Shown one piece after another: positions 18,284-27,614 of a stretch of DNA of 36,224 nucleotides (position 1 is its first letter; each line of letters begins with the position of its first letter). This DNA is from a virus (lineage: Duplodnaviria > Caudoviricetes), in IMG/VR virus record IMGVR_UViG_3300025889_000396, positions 1 to 36,224 of that record. The stretch is one strand, 5' to 3'. A program made the translations under genes and the position numbers. The notes below the pieces were generated by a model. It ran no database searches. It was not told the DNA's origin and worked only from the letters and a program-made list of their open reading frames with translations.

Positions 18284-19585
18284 TTATTGATACCTATATC
18301 TTATAATGACGATACCTTTACCGCCTGAATTTCCACCTGTTCCAACAGGAGGTCCACCTTTTCCACCACCTGATCCACCACCAGTATTGGCTGTTCCTGC
18401 TGTTCCTGGGTTTCCTGTACTTCCACCAGCACCACCTCCTCCAGAGCCACCAGTTCCTGCTGCTTGTTGTGCAGCTGGTCCTGATTCACCACCTCCACCA
18501 CCACCAGCATATGTTGTTGGTGTACCTGAAATTGATGTTGTGGCACCATTACCACCAGGTCCTGAATTAGTATTCGCAACTCCAGCACTACCAGCTTGTG
18601 TAGCACCACCGCCGCCACCTGCTCTCGTGTCAGGCGGAGCGTCTGTTCCAGTTCCGCCAGGAAAACCTTGAGAAGGACTTGTTGGAGGGGTATTACCAGC
18701 TCCTCCAGTTGTAGGGCCTTGTGATGATCCACCACCACCTGATCCACCAGCTCTACCATTCATTTTAATTCCTGGTGGGGAATAAGCTGAACCACTACCA
18801 CCACCACCACCTGTTGATGTAATAGTAGAAAATACTGAATTACTTCCATCAACAGCTTGACATAGAGCACAACCAGGTCCTCCTGGACCGCCTGCACCTA
18901 CTGTAACTGGATAAGTTGTAGCAGTGATTGTTAAACCTGTTGTAGCTGCTATAGGGGAAGCAGTATGAGGAGAAGCTAAAGTTGAATCTTTTCCTTCTCT
19001 AAAACCTCCAGCACCTCCTCCACCAGCAGCGTGAGCTGGAGTAGATCCTGCTCCTCCTCCACCACCACCAGCAACTACTAGATAATCTACTGTTGAAGCT
19101 TGAGCGCAAGGTATATTATTACCTAAACTTGAAACAACAAAACTACCATCTCCTGTAAAAGTATGAATTTTAAAATTGCCTGATGTTGTTACTGTACCAC
19201 CAGTAGCAGATATAAAAGATTGGCCTAAACCTGTTGTTGTATCTTCGTTGATTAAAGACCAACCTTTTGTTCCGTCCATATAAACTAAAGTTACTGTTTG
19301 CCCATTTGTAGAAAAAGTTGCTGTGTTTGTAGAACCATCAAACAAAGTTGATGCTATGGTAACATTATTTGTACCCCAAGTTCTAGCGTAATCTTTAAGT
19401 TGTACTATATCACCTGCTTTTGGTGATGCTGGCAACGTAACTGTAATGGCCCCAGCAGTGGTATTAATAAAATAACCTCGTCCAGCAACGGCTGTTAGAC
19501 CTGTTGAACCATCAGCAACTACTACCGATTGCCATTCTATTAAACTGTCTGTAATATTGGATAATTTTCTAGTTTTTGCTCCCAT
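18284..19585 (-). CDS. Glycine-rich virion fibre/adhesin-like protein (paralog E, short N-terminus)
   Basis: Same hinge and C-terminal GGKGIVIIRYRYQ. Confidence 0.8.
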   Translation of the reverse strand: MGAKTRKLSNITDSLIEWQSVVVADGSTGLTAVAGRGYFINTTAGAITVTLPASPKAGDIVQLKDYARTWGTNNVTIASTLFDGSTNTATFSTNGQTVTLVYMDGTKGWSLINEDTTTGLGQSFISATGGTVTTSGNFKIHTFTGDGSFVVSSLGNNIPCAQASTVDYLVVAGGGGGGAGSTPAHAAGGGGAGGFREGKDSTLASPHTASPIAATTGLTITATTYPVTVGAGGPGGPGCALCQAVDGSNSVFSTITSTGGGGGSGSAYSPPGIKMNGRAGGSGGGGSSQGPTTGGAGNTPPTSPSQGFPGGTGTDAPPDTRAGGGGGATQAGSAGVANTNSGPGGNGATTSISGTPTTYAGGGGGGESGPAAQQAAGTGGSGGGGAGGSTGNPGTAGTANTGGGSGGGKGGPPVGTGGNSGGKGIVIIRYRYQ

Positions 19586-19593
19586 TTTCTATC

Positions 19594-20241
19594 CTATGAT
19601 GTTAAAGGTAAATACCTAAATTGTATTTCAGCCCCACTTGCAGGCGCTGTATTAAATGTTAAAGTTGTACTTGAAATAGTGTAATCAGTTGTAGGAACTA
19701 ATACTACACCGTTTACAACTACAAAAACATCAGCAACTGCTCTACCACTATTTATTGTGAATGCTACAGTAGAACCATCTCCTGTTGCACTACCAGCTGA
19801 ATATGTTAAAGATACGGCAGGCGCAAAATTAGATTTTGTCATTTTTCTAATTGCACCAGCAGATGTATCGTAAATTAAAATTAAGTCGTCATTTGCAACA
19901 GTTGTTTCTGCTGTTTGACCTGTGATTGCACCTGTAGAAATATCTCCAGCACGTACAATAGATTCGATTTGAGTAGGATTGATAACATAGATTTCGTCAG
20001 AAGCTGCAGGTGCAGTTACAAACGTAACTCGTTTGGTTACACCATTACCATCTAGGCCTAAAGTATAGGACTTACTTGCACCAGGTTCTTGTCTAACGTT
20101 ATTGACTACAACAATAATATCATTAGCACTTGCCGCTGCGTTTGTTAAATCAAACGTAGTAGTCGAACCATCGCCAGTAAATGTGTCGTATGTTGCAATT
20201 GCCCTAGTGATATCACTTGGTCTTTTACCAATATAAGCCAT
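19594..20241 (-). CDS. MAYIG-type virion protein with two TGDGST..APASG modules (putative adaptor)
   Basis: MAYIGKRP start; paralog of 17542..18261. Confidence 0.7.
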   Translation of the reverse strand: MAYIGKRPSDITRAIATYDTFTGDGSTTTFDLTNAAASANDIIVVVNNVRQEPGASKSYTLGLDGNGVTKRVTFVTAPAASDEIYVINPTQIESIVRAGDISTGAITGQTAETTVANDDLILIYDTSAGAIRKMTKSNFAPAVSLTYSAGSATGDGSTVAFTINSGRAVADVFVVVNGVVLVPTTDYTISSTTLTFNTAPASGAEIQFRYLPLTS

Positions 20242-20262
20242 TAAATCTATTCCTCTTTTTTA

Positions 20263-20270
20263 TATTTATT
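20263..20270 (-). promoter_or_regulatory. Late promoter variant AATAAATA
   Basis: Intergenic, overlapping the 20269 stop, upstream of the MAYIG gene. Confidence 0.5.
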
Positions 20271-20628
20271 ATACGTCTTCCAAAACTGATATTGTAGCGT
20301 CTAATGCACTTGAAGTTCCGCAAGATACACGAACAACATCATTAGCTGATCCATTACCTTGTAAAACTATTTTGTTACCTGCCATTACTTCTAATGAAGA
20401 ACCTGTAGGTATGCTAGCACCTTTGACGATATAACTATCAGTTCCATCATAACCATCTAAATACACATCAGCAGTTACTCCTGAAGCAGATTTATTTGCC
20501 AGAGTAATACCAATGACGATAGATTCCATAGCTGATCCTGAAGAAGGAACAGTATAGAGAGCATCGCCTGAAGCACCAGTAGAAGTGGTTACACTTGAAA
20601 CGTTATATCTTTTAAAATCGTTAGCCAT
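20269..20628 (-). CDS. Conserved small 'MANxFK' beta-sandwich virion protein
   Basis: MANDFK..LYTVP....IVIGITLAN..YIVKGASIPTGSSLEV..GNKIVL..LDATISVLE pattern. Follows an 'AVALG'-ending fibre gene. Confidence 0.68.
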   Translation of the reverse strand: MANDFKRYNVSSVTTSTGASGDALYTVPSSGSAMESIVIGITLANKSASGVTADVYLDGYDGTDSYIVKGASIPTGSSLEVMAGNKIVLQGNGSANDVVRVSCGTSSALDATISVLEDV

Positions 20629-20648
20629 TTGTTATCCCTTATAGTTAC

Positions 20649-20656
20649 TATTTATA
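20649..20656 (-). promoter_or_regulatory. T4-type late promoter TATAAATA
   Basis: Exact motif, intergenic. Confidence 0.75.
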
Positions 20657-20659
20657 ATA

Positions 20660-21145
20660 TTATCCAAGAGCGACCGCTTGAGCGATAGCAAAAGGTTTAG
20701 TTGCTACAGATACACTATTCACTTGTATATCTGTTGTAAAATTTGCAGTTCCAGAACCAGTTACATTTACGACACTTGTTAAAGAACCACTATTCAATGA
20801 AGCAGTACCATCTGTTACAGTTGTTGCTGATACACTTGTCAAACCTGATATTGTACTATTTAATGCCACAGTTATTGTATCTGTAGCAGAAACAGTCGCA
20901 GTTATATTTGAACCACTTGAAATTCTTAATACATCTCCTGAACTTATTGTTTGTTGAGTAGAAGTATCATCTGCTATTTTAAATGCAGTTGTAACAGTCG
21001 CAGCCACTTCATTAATTGCACCTACGACATTGGTTGCAGTAGTTGTAAGTGTAGCAACATCACCTATATCGGTAGACGATAAACTATTAAACGTTGTTCT
21101 AAACGTTTCTAAAGTATCGGTTGTTGCAACTGTACGAGCGGCCAT
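20660..21145 (-). CDS. Short fibre-like virion protein with C-terminal ATKPFAIAQAVALG motif
   Basis: TDTLETFRTTFN N-terminus, LTTTATNVVGAINEV motif, an IADDTST module shared with the 892-aa fibre and a C-terminus shared with 4433..5188. Confidence 0.7.
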   Translation of the reverse strand: MAARTVATTDTLETFRTTFNSLSSTDIGDVATLTTTATNVVGAINEVAATVTTAFKIADDTSTQQTISSGDVLRISSGSNITATVSATDTITVALNSTISGLTSVSATTVTDGTASLNSGSLTSVVNVTGSGTANFTTDIQVNSVSVATKPFAIAQAVALG

Positions 21146-21146
21146 T

Positions 21147-21368
21147 TTACTTCTCTATTACCTTTTTTAATAAATTTTTGATTTCGTATAATTCAGACTT
21201 TAAATTATTTATTTCTTTGATTGTACTTCTTAACATATCATTACTTTTTTCTCTTGCCTTATATTTTGCAATATAAGCTTGATAGTCTGATTCGTTTGTA
21301 TTGACAATAGCGTTAGAAGATAAATCTCTAACTAATGATGTATAACCTTCTACTTTTATCTTTGTCAT
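21147..21368 (-). CDS. Small coiled-coil protein downstream of the VrlC-like gene
   Basis: KVEGYTSLVRDLSSNAIVN...INNLKSELYEIKNLL. Start more likely MTKIK (21368) than 21386. Confidence 0.7.
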   Translation of the reverse strand: MTKIKVEGYTSLVRDLSSNAIVNTNESDYQAYIAKYKAREKSNDMLRSTIKEINNLKSELYEIKNLLKKVIEK

Positions 21369-21369
21369 T

Positions 21370-24300
21370 TTATACCGCCAATGCAATTGCTCGTAAATCT
21401 TTTAAACGAGCAGGTAATGCCGAGTTAGTTCCTTTAAATACAATCTTAATTTGGAAAGATGTAAAGGCAATTAAATCACTTGCACTAAATTTGTGATCTT
21501 TAAAATCTAAATCCAAAACTACATCACCATTGGAAGGTAATACCGTTACATCTGGACTTCCATCTGTATTAAATGGAGTAAATTCTATGTCTTGTATTCT
21601 TCTTGTTTCTTCTCCACCTGATAATCTGTAATATGCTTTGATAGATGAAGTGGATCGTACACTTGCAGCAATTCTTACTTCTAATGCAGTTGAAGGATTA
21701 GCAAGATTAACTGGTTTAGTTATGTAAGCACCAGCAGATGAACCACCTTCAATTGCAGTATCATCTTCGTAATCTACGGTGTTAGTAATTTTAGCAACTA
21801 TTTTAGAACCACTTGCAGGAGCAGAACCCATAGTTAAAGTTGTTCCTGAAACTGTAAAGTCATCAACTGGTTGTAATTTTTTACCATCTTTTCTAATAGA
21901 CAATAAATGAACACTTGAAGGTGTTCCCGATAAAGTAAATGCAACTGTGGATCCATCTCCTGTAAATGTATCGGTAGATGAAACAGTAGGATTATTTAAT
22001 CGGTTTGAAATTGCAAAAGCATTAACTCTTTTTAAATCTATAACTGGAGATAATTTAGAATTAGTTGAACTGATAGTAATATTGATTACAATAGATTTAC
22101 TACTAGACATTTCGTTTGTTTCATTTATTTCACTTGCAACTAATCTTGGATTATCAAAATAAATGTTATCACCTAACACAACACTTTCGGCCGCAGTTGC
22201 AGCTTGTAAACTAAATGCAGTTTCAGAACCATTAACAGATTTACCTGATGTGGTTCTTAATGTAGATGTTAAAGTTGTGCCTGGGTGAACTACGTGTCCA
22301 ATTTGTAATTGTAATACATCAAACAATCTATTTTGTGTAGCAGTTACAGTTGAACCACCTACATCTCCTGTAGCATTTGCTGTTCCAGAAGTAGTTATGT
22401 CATAACTATCTAAAGTGATATTTGAAATAGTTGTATAATCTCCATTGATATCTGAATGTGCAATACCATTGTAAGTACCTGAAGAAATTCCTGCAATAGT
22501 TACGTTATCACTTGTGCTGTGTAATCCGTGATTTTTATGGAACACTCTTACAATACTAGAACCATTAAATGTTCTGATTGGATTACTTGCCAACGTTTTA
22601 CTTGATAACGTTGCGTTTGCAAGTGTTAAAGTTCCTGAACTTGTTGTATCAAAATCTGCACGTTTCATTACAAATTTTAAATCTTCCATTTGTTCAGCAG
22701 TCCAAGTACGATTGTTAGCAGATTTAAATAATACTCCAACCGCAGGTTGAGCAGATACGGTTCTATCTGAACCAATAACTGTATCACCTAATCGTGCAAC
22801 ATAAACTGTATAATCAGCAGAGTCAGAATATAATACTAACGCATATTCTGTTTTCTCTTTTAAATAAACTGGTGAATTAAATGTAAATGTTGTTGCAGTT
22901 GAACCATCTGTACTTGTATTAACAGAACCAGGATTTAACCATTTGGTAGAAAAAGGTACAACTGAATTACCTGGGTAACCATTGACCATATTTCTTATTT
23001 CTGCTTTAACAGGAATAGTAGATGATTTTGTTGCAAAATAAGCATTTACACTTGTTACAAACACTCCATCCTCATCATCAATCATAAAAGATTGTGCTAA
23101 AGGATCTCTACGGCCTATTGTTGTAGAAGTTTGCCTAGAAATGGATCTTTGTTCAGTAGTTGTTTGTCTAACTGTTTGTGCCTCTCTAGTAGAAACAATT
23201 GCTTCTTGTACAGTTTCTAATAATCCTTTTGCGTCATAATCAGCTTCTGCTGAAGTGGCAACTGCTGTTCTATCTGAGGAATTAGTAGATGAACTTGTTA
23301 ATCTGAATATTCTCTTACCTGTTCTCCATCTTGGATTAGATGAAACATTCGGATCAGGAATAGAAAATACTCCTTTAACATATCCATTAGTATTTGTATT
23401 TAAATTACCACCTAATGAACCACCGTCTGGTGTAACATAACTTGTAACATTAATATTATCAAAGTAAGGATAAACTCTTGTATTAGGTCTTAATCCATAT
23501 CCTTCAAAAGTAATATCTCTACTTCTTACAAATGGAACAAACGCAACTGAAATAACTCTATTACCTAAACTTTGTCTAACTGTTTGTGGAATAATTACAG
23601 AACGAATACCTGATCTTGTTTGTACAACATCGGTACTTGTTGTTTGAACTAAAGTGTTACCTTGCCAACTTGTATCAGTTCTTGGATTTCCTGACCATTG
23701 ATCTTGCCATTCATTCCATTCAGTACCGACAGGAATTTCTGAAATACTTGTATTATCTAAACCAGCATTAATTGCCAAGTTGTCAAATGTACCATTTACA
23801 TTCACCACTAATTCTGGTGCAACTTGTGTTTCTTTCCACTCATCTACTGGTGGATCTAAATCTATATTACCAATCCAATCAAAGATTAAGAATGGATTTA
23901 AATTTTCTGTTTTTGTAGCATAAGGTTGTTCAAATAAAGTTACTTCATCATAAGGTAAAGTTATTAGATCACCTGTTAATTGATAATTTGCAGCCGTTCT
24001 ATCTGCAGCCACAATTGCAGTTAAGTCGTCATCTATTTCTTCTAAAGAAATTACATCTTCGTTAAATGGTGTTCTTGCCTCACCTCGGCCTCTATCAATA
24101 GATAATTTGTAATCATTATTTCCTACATCTCCAACATTGTGTCCAGAGAAGTTATCAACAACGAAACCATTTTTAAATCTATCAAAACCATCTGCGTCTT
24201 GTATTTGTAAAGATTGTGCGTCTGCCTCTAATAAAGATAATTGAGTATAGTATTCTAAATTTCTAATTCTACCTTCTAATTTACCAATATCTCTCATTGT

Positions 24301-27300
24301 GTAACGTCTGTTATCTTCTTTTTTAATTGTTACATCGGAAGTACGTAGAGTATAACTTGGTATAGTTAAAGTTGCCAATAATAAATGGCCGTCTAAATTA
24401 CCAGGTTCTAATGGATTAATAGCAGAAGCACCTTTAAGTGCTTTTAATTCTCCATCTCTAGTAATGAAAATTTTATCTATTCTGTTTAAATAATATTCAA
24501 AGTCTGTGGTTACATCAGCATTAAATTGTACAACATCTACCGTAGATGAACCTGTACCACTATAATTTCTATCTGCTGAACCAGAACTAATAGTTGAGTT
24601 ATCTGCAACTCTTGGTCTAAAGTCTAAACTATCTCTTAATTCATATTTTTCACCAGTAGTGTCGGAAGTATAACTTGGTATATTTTCATAATCAATAACT
24701 CCTGAATATGAATCTACATCAAAGTAATCTCCAGAACCGTGTGAGAAATAATCAAAGTTAACAAGTAATCTACCTGTAGGACGAATTGCACCTGGTTTTA
24801 ATTTTAATCTACCAATATCGTAGTAGTTATCTCTTTGACCTGTATCTAAATCAAAACGAGATGTAATATTTGTATCTGAACTTGTTGCAGCTGAACCAAA
24901 TCCACTTGACATATAAACAGCATTGATTTGATAAACATCCGCTTTGCCTAATCCAATAATTCCACTTTCTATCGTTGTTTGTGATGAAATAGCAACTGTT
25001 GAACCAGAGTTTAATGTTTTTGTTTTTGAACCTGCAACTGTTCTTTGTACAGTAGCAAGAATTTTAATTTTGTGTCCTTGGAAGTTTGCACCAAAATCAA
25101 GTGTTAAAGTTTTACCTGTTGGAGAACCTCCTAGTGTAAAGATAGAATCACCTTCGTGGTTATTACCTTCTAAATTTAATACATCTCCTACCGCACCTGT
25201 TCCACCACCTCCTGTCGTCATTATAGAAACAGTAAAGTCATTACTTGCGTTAGAAGCAAAAGTTTCGTTTGTACCTGCAGTAATTGTAGCGTCACCGTTT
25301 GATGATAAAGTAGCAGTAAAGTTTCTTCTTACATTGAAATTTGTATCCGTTGTACCACCATTAGTAGTTGTTTTTAATGTTTTAACTGTTACGTGTGGCA
25401 ATTCAAATACAGAAATATTGTTTTCAGGATTTTGTAATTTAGCTCTTCTTCTTGTTAATACAGCAGCAGTAGTTACATCTGAACCACCTACAGCACTTGT
25501 TAATATTAATTCTGTTTGAGAAACAACATAGTTAACAGTTGCAGTTACAGTTGAACCTGCGTCATTTGTAAATGAAATTGAATCACCAATTTTTAAATCA
25601 GTTGTAAAGTTTGTTCCTTTACCAAGTAATGTATTTGATGAATTTGAAATAGATACGTTACCTGTAATAACATAGTTATCTCCATATGTAGAAGTTAATA
25701 CTGTATCCGCAGTATAAGTTGGAGAACCTGCCATACCAATTTGTTTAACAGCAGAAATATCTCTTGTTCTTACTCCTAAAAATCCTAGTCTATCATTTTG
25801 AATAGTTGAACTTGCGTTTGATGTTTGTCCTGTAACAACTTCTCCTGCACTAAAAGTACCTTTTACATTTGATACAACAATAGTTGTGTGTGCAACAGTT
25901 GGTGCTGAACTAAATGAAGTTACGTTTTGAGATGTTGTTCCATCAGAACCATATAACTCAAAAGTATTTGTGGTAGCATTTCGTACAGTATAAACTCCTT
26001 CAGTATAAGCTGCAGAATTTATTTGAAAAGAACCACCAGATAAAGTAATTTGTTGTCCGTCATTAAATCCGTGTGCCGCTAAAGTTACTACACCAGGATC
26101 AGCAGTAGAAATAGAAGTTACGGCCGCTGTTTTAGTTGCAGTAACACTTTGTACAACACCAGTAGCACCTGAAGTAGCGCCTGATACAATTTCTCCAGTT
26201 GTATAACTTACCGAAGTAGTTGTATTTAAGTGTGTAAACATTTCAATATCAAACAAATAATGTCTGTATATTGAAGATGTATCATTTATATCTGAACTTT
26301 CAGTTGCACTTACAGTTTCAAATCCTTTTGACTTTGCTCTACCAATTTGAGGTACAGTTGTACCAACATTTGATTGTTGAGTTCCTCTAACAGCAGTTGC
26401 TGTATCAAATAGATTAACTGATTTAAATGCCTCTACATCACCAGATACAAATCCTATATCTGGAGTACCATAAACGTTAGTTACGTTTAAATAATTTTTA
26501 ATATTATATCTTGTTTTGTGATTGTTTGCAGTTTCATAATCTCTTGCCTTATCAACTGTAACAAAAGTTGTTCCTAATCTTTCTGCCTCATAACCTCTTA
26601 CATAAGCCTTGAAAGGTGAAACACCTATTGCAAGTTTTGAAGCACTACCGCCATTACCTGAAGTGTAAATACCTCTATTATTACCTGAACTTAAATGTTC
26701 TCTTACATCAAAATCAGGATTAGATAAAACATAATCTCCTGATTCATCAAACGTTCTACGAGCAAGTGTATCTTCTAATACAGCATATTCTGTATTTCTA
26801 ACAAGTGTTTTAATAACACCATTTTCTACTCTAGCAATTTCAAAAAAGTTATCATCTTCGGTTGATGATAAAGTTTTCTTTGCAAGTGTTAAAGTAATTT
26901 TAAATCTATGAGCACCTGGTGCATTTGCATTTGAAGAACCTGCAGCGTTATCATTTAAACTTGAATCATCATTTGGTGAAATGAAAGATTCAGTTGCAGT
27001 AAAACCAATTCTGTATGAAGGTGTATTTGTATATTTGTCTAATACTAAAGTGGTACTATCTACTTGTACAAAGAAACCATTAATATAATAAACACCTGAT
27101 TGAACACCTGCAGCTGATCCTGTTGCAGTTGTATTTACTACCGCAGTTGGACTACCTGAAGCATCCGATGTAATTGTTTCTCCGTCTGTAAAAACAATAG
27201 ATGTATTGTTTGTTCCTGTTTTATTATACTTAACATATAACGTATCAGGATCAGTACCGTCTGTAGCAGCAACGCCAACTACTTCAGCAACTACACCTGA

Positions 27301-27597
27301 TGTACCACCTGTTACAGTTGAACCATTATAGTCTGAAATACTTGAAGCAGATTTTGATGTTAATTTTACAGCAGTATAATTTGTGTCAATTGAAACTTGA
27401 CCTGGAATAACCATCGCACCTTGTTTAAAAAGGTGATCGCCAACTCTTTCTATTTGATTTTGAAGTATAGTTTGAGATTGAGTTAATTCTCTTGCTTGAA
27501 CAGCAAATGCAGGTCTAAAAAGTATTCTATGAAACTTCTTCGACTCTGTAAAATCGTCATAATAGGGACTGACATTGAAATCAGTTTTTGCTGGCAT
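21370..27597 (-). CDS. Large virion structural protein, VrlC-like (DUF4815-type)
   Basis: N-terminal TDFNVSPYYDDF...FHRILFRP..VQARELTQSQTILQNQIE. Also LARRTFDESGDY, RRYTMRDIGKLE.RI.NLEYYT.LSLLE, DRFKNGFVVDNF, DPLAQSF and terminal LRAIAL. Follows gp8 as in marine T4-like phages. Confidence 0.88.
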   Translation of the reverse strand: MPAKTDFNVSPYYDDFTESKKFHRILFRPAFAVQARELTQSQTILQNQIERVGDHLFKQGAMVIPGQVSIDTNYTAVKLTSKSASSISDYNGSTVTGGTSGVVAEVVGVAATDGTDPDTLYVKYNKTGTNNTSIVFTDGETITSDASGSPTAVVNTTATGSAAGVQSGVYYINGFFVQVDSTTLVLDKYTNTPSYRIGFTATESFISPNDDSSLNDNAAGSSNANAPGAHRFKITLTLAKKTLSSTEDDNFFEIARVENGVIKTLVRNTEYAVLEDTLARRTFDESGDYVLSNPDFDVREHLSSGNNRGIYTSGNGGSASKLAIGVSPFKAYVRGYEAERLGTTFVTVDKARDYETANNHKTRYNIKNYLNVTNVYGTPDIGFVSGDVEAFKSVNLFDTATAVRGTQQSNVGTTVPQIGRAKSKGFETVSATESSDINDTSSIYRHYLFDIEMFTHLNTTTSVSYTTGEIVSGATSGATGVVQSVTATKTAAVTSISTADPGVVTLAAHGFNDGQQITLSGGSFQINSAAYTEGVYTVRNATTNTFELYGSDGTTSQNVTSFSSAPTVAHTTIVVSNVKGTFSAGEVVTGQTSNASSTIQNDRLGFLGVRTRDISAVKQIGMAGSPTYTADTVLTSTYGDNYVITGNVSISNSSNTLLGKGTNFTTDLKIGDSISFTNDAGSTVTATVNYVVSQTELILTSAVGGSDVTTAAVLTRRRAKLQNPENNISVFELPHVTVKTLKTTTNGGTTDTNFNVRRNFTATLSSNGDATITAGTNETFASNASNDFTVSIMTTGGGGTGAVGDVLNLEGNNHEGDSIFTLGGSPTGKTLTLDFGANFQGHKIKILATVQRTVAGSKTKTLNSGSTVAISSQTTIESGIIGLGKADVYQINAVYMSSGFGSAATSSDTNITSRFDLDTGQRDNYYDIGRLKLKPGAIRPTGRLLVNFDYFSHGSGDYFDVDSYSGVIDYENIPSYTSDTTGEKYELRDSLDFRPRVADNSTISSGSADRNYSGTGSSTVDVVQFNADVTTDFEYYLNRIDKIFITRDGELKALKGASAINPLEPGNLDGHLLLATLTIPSYTLRTSDVTIKKEDNRRYTMRDIGKLEGRIRNLEYYTQLSLLEADAQSLQIQDADGFDRFKNGFVVDNFSGHNVGDVGNNDYKLSIDRGRGEARTPFNEDVISLEEIDDDLTAIVAADRTAANYQLTGDLITLPYDEVTLFEQPYATKTENLNPFLIFDWIGNIDLDPPVDEWKETQVAPELVVNVNGTFDNLAINAGLDNTSISEIPVGTEWNEWQDQWSGNPRTDTSWQGNTLVQTTSTDVVQTRSGIRSVIIPQTVRQSLGNRVISVAFVPFVRSRDITFEGYGLRPNTRVYPYFDNINVTSYVTPDGGSLGGNLNTNTNGYVKGVFSIPDPNVSSNPRWRTGKRIFRLTSSSTNSSDRTAVATSAEADYDAKGLLETVQEAIVSTREAQTVRQTTTEQRSISRQTSTTIGRRDPLAQSFMIDDEDGVFVTSVNAYFATKSSTIPVKAEIRNMVNGYPGNSVVPFSTKWLNPGSVNTSTDGSTATTFTFNSPVYLKEKTEYALVLYSDSADYTVYVARLGDTVIGSDRTVSAQPAVGVLFKSANNRTWTAEQMEDLKFVMKRADFDTTSSGTLTLANATLSSKTLASNPIRTFNGSSIVRVFHKNHGLHSTSDNVTIAGISSGTYNGIAHSDINGDYTTISNITLDSYDITTSGTANATGDVGGSTVTATQNRLFDVLQLQIGHVVHPGTTLTSTLRTTSGKSVNGSETAFSLQAATAAESVVLGDNIYFDNPRLVASEINETNEMSSSKSIVINITISSTNSKLSPVIDLKRVNAFAISNRLNNPTVSSTDTFTGDGSTVAFTLSGTPSSVHLLSIRKDGKKLQPVDDFTVSGTTLTMGSAPASGSKIVAKITNTVDYEDDTAIEGGSSAGAYITKPVNLANPSTALEVRIAASVRSTSSIKAYYRLSGGEETRRIQDIEFTPFNTDGSPDVTVLPSNGDVVLDLDFKDHKFSASDLIAFTSFQIKIVFKGTNSALPARLKDLRAIALAV

Positions 27598-27614
27598 TTT
27601 TCTTCCTTATCTAA

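Noticed and set aside
78-19585. Diversity-generating retroelement or shufflon acting on the adhesins
   Set aside because: No reverse transcriptase, no template/variable repeat pair with adenine-specific mismatches, no recombinase or inverted cassettes in the window.
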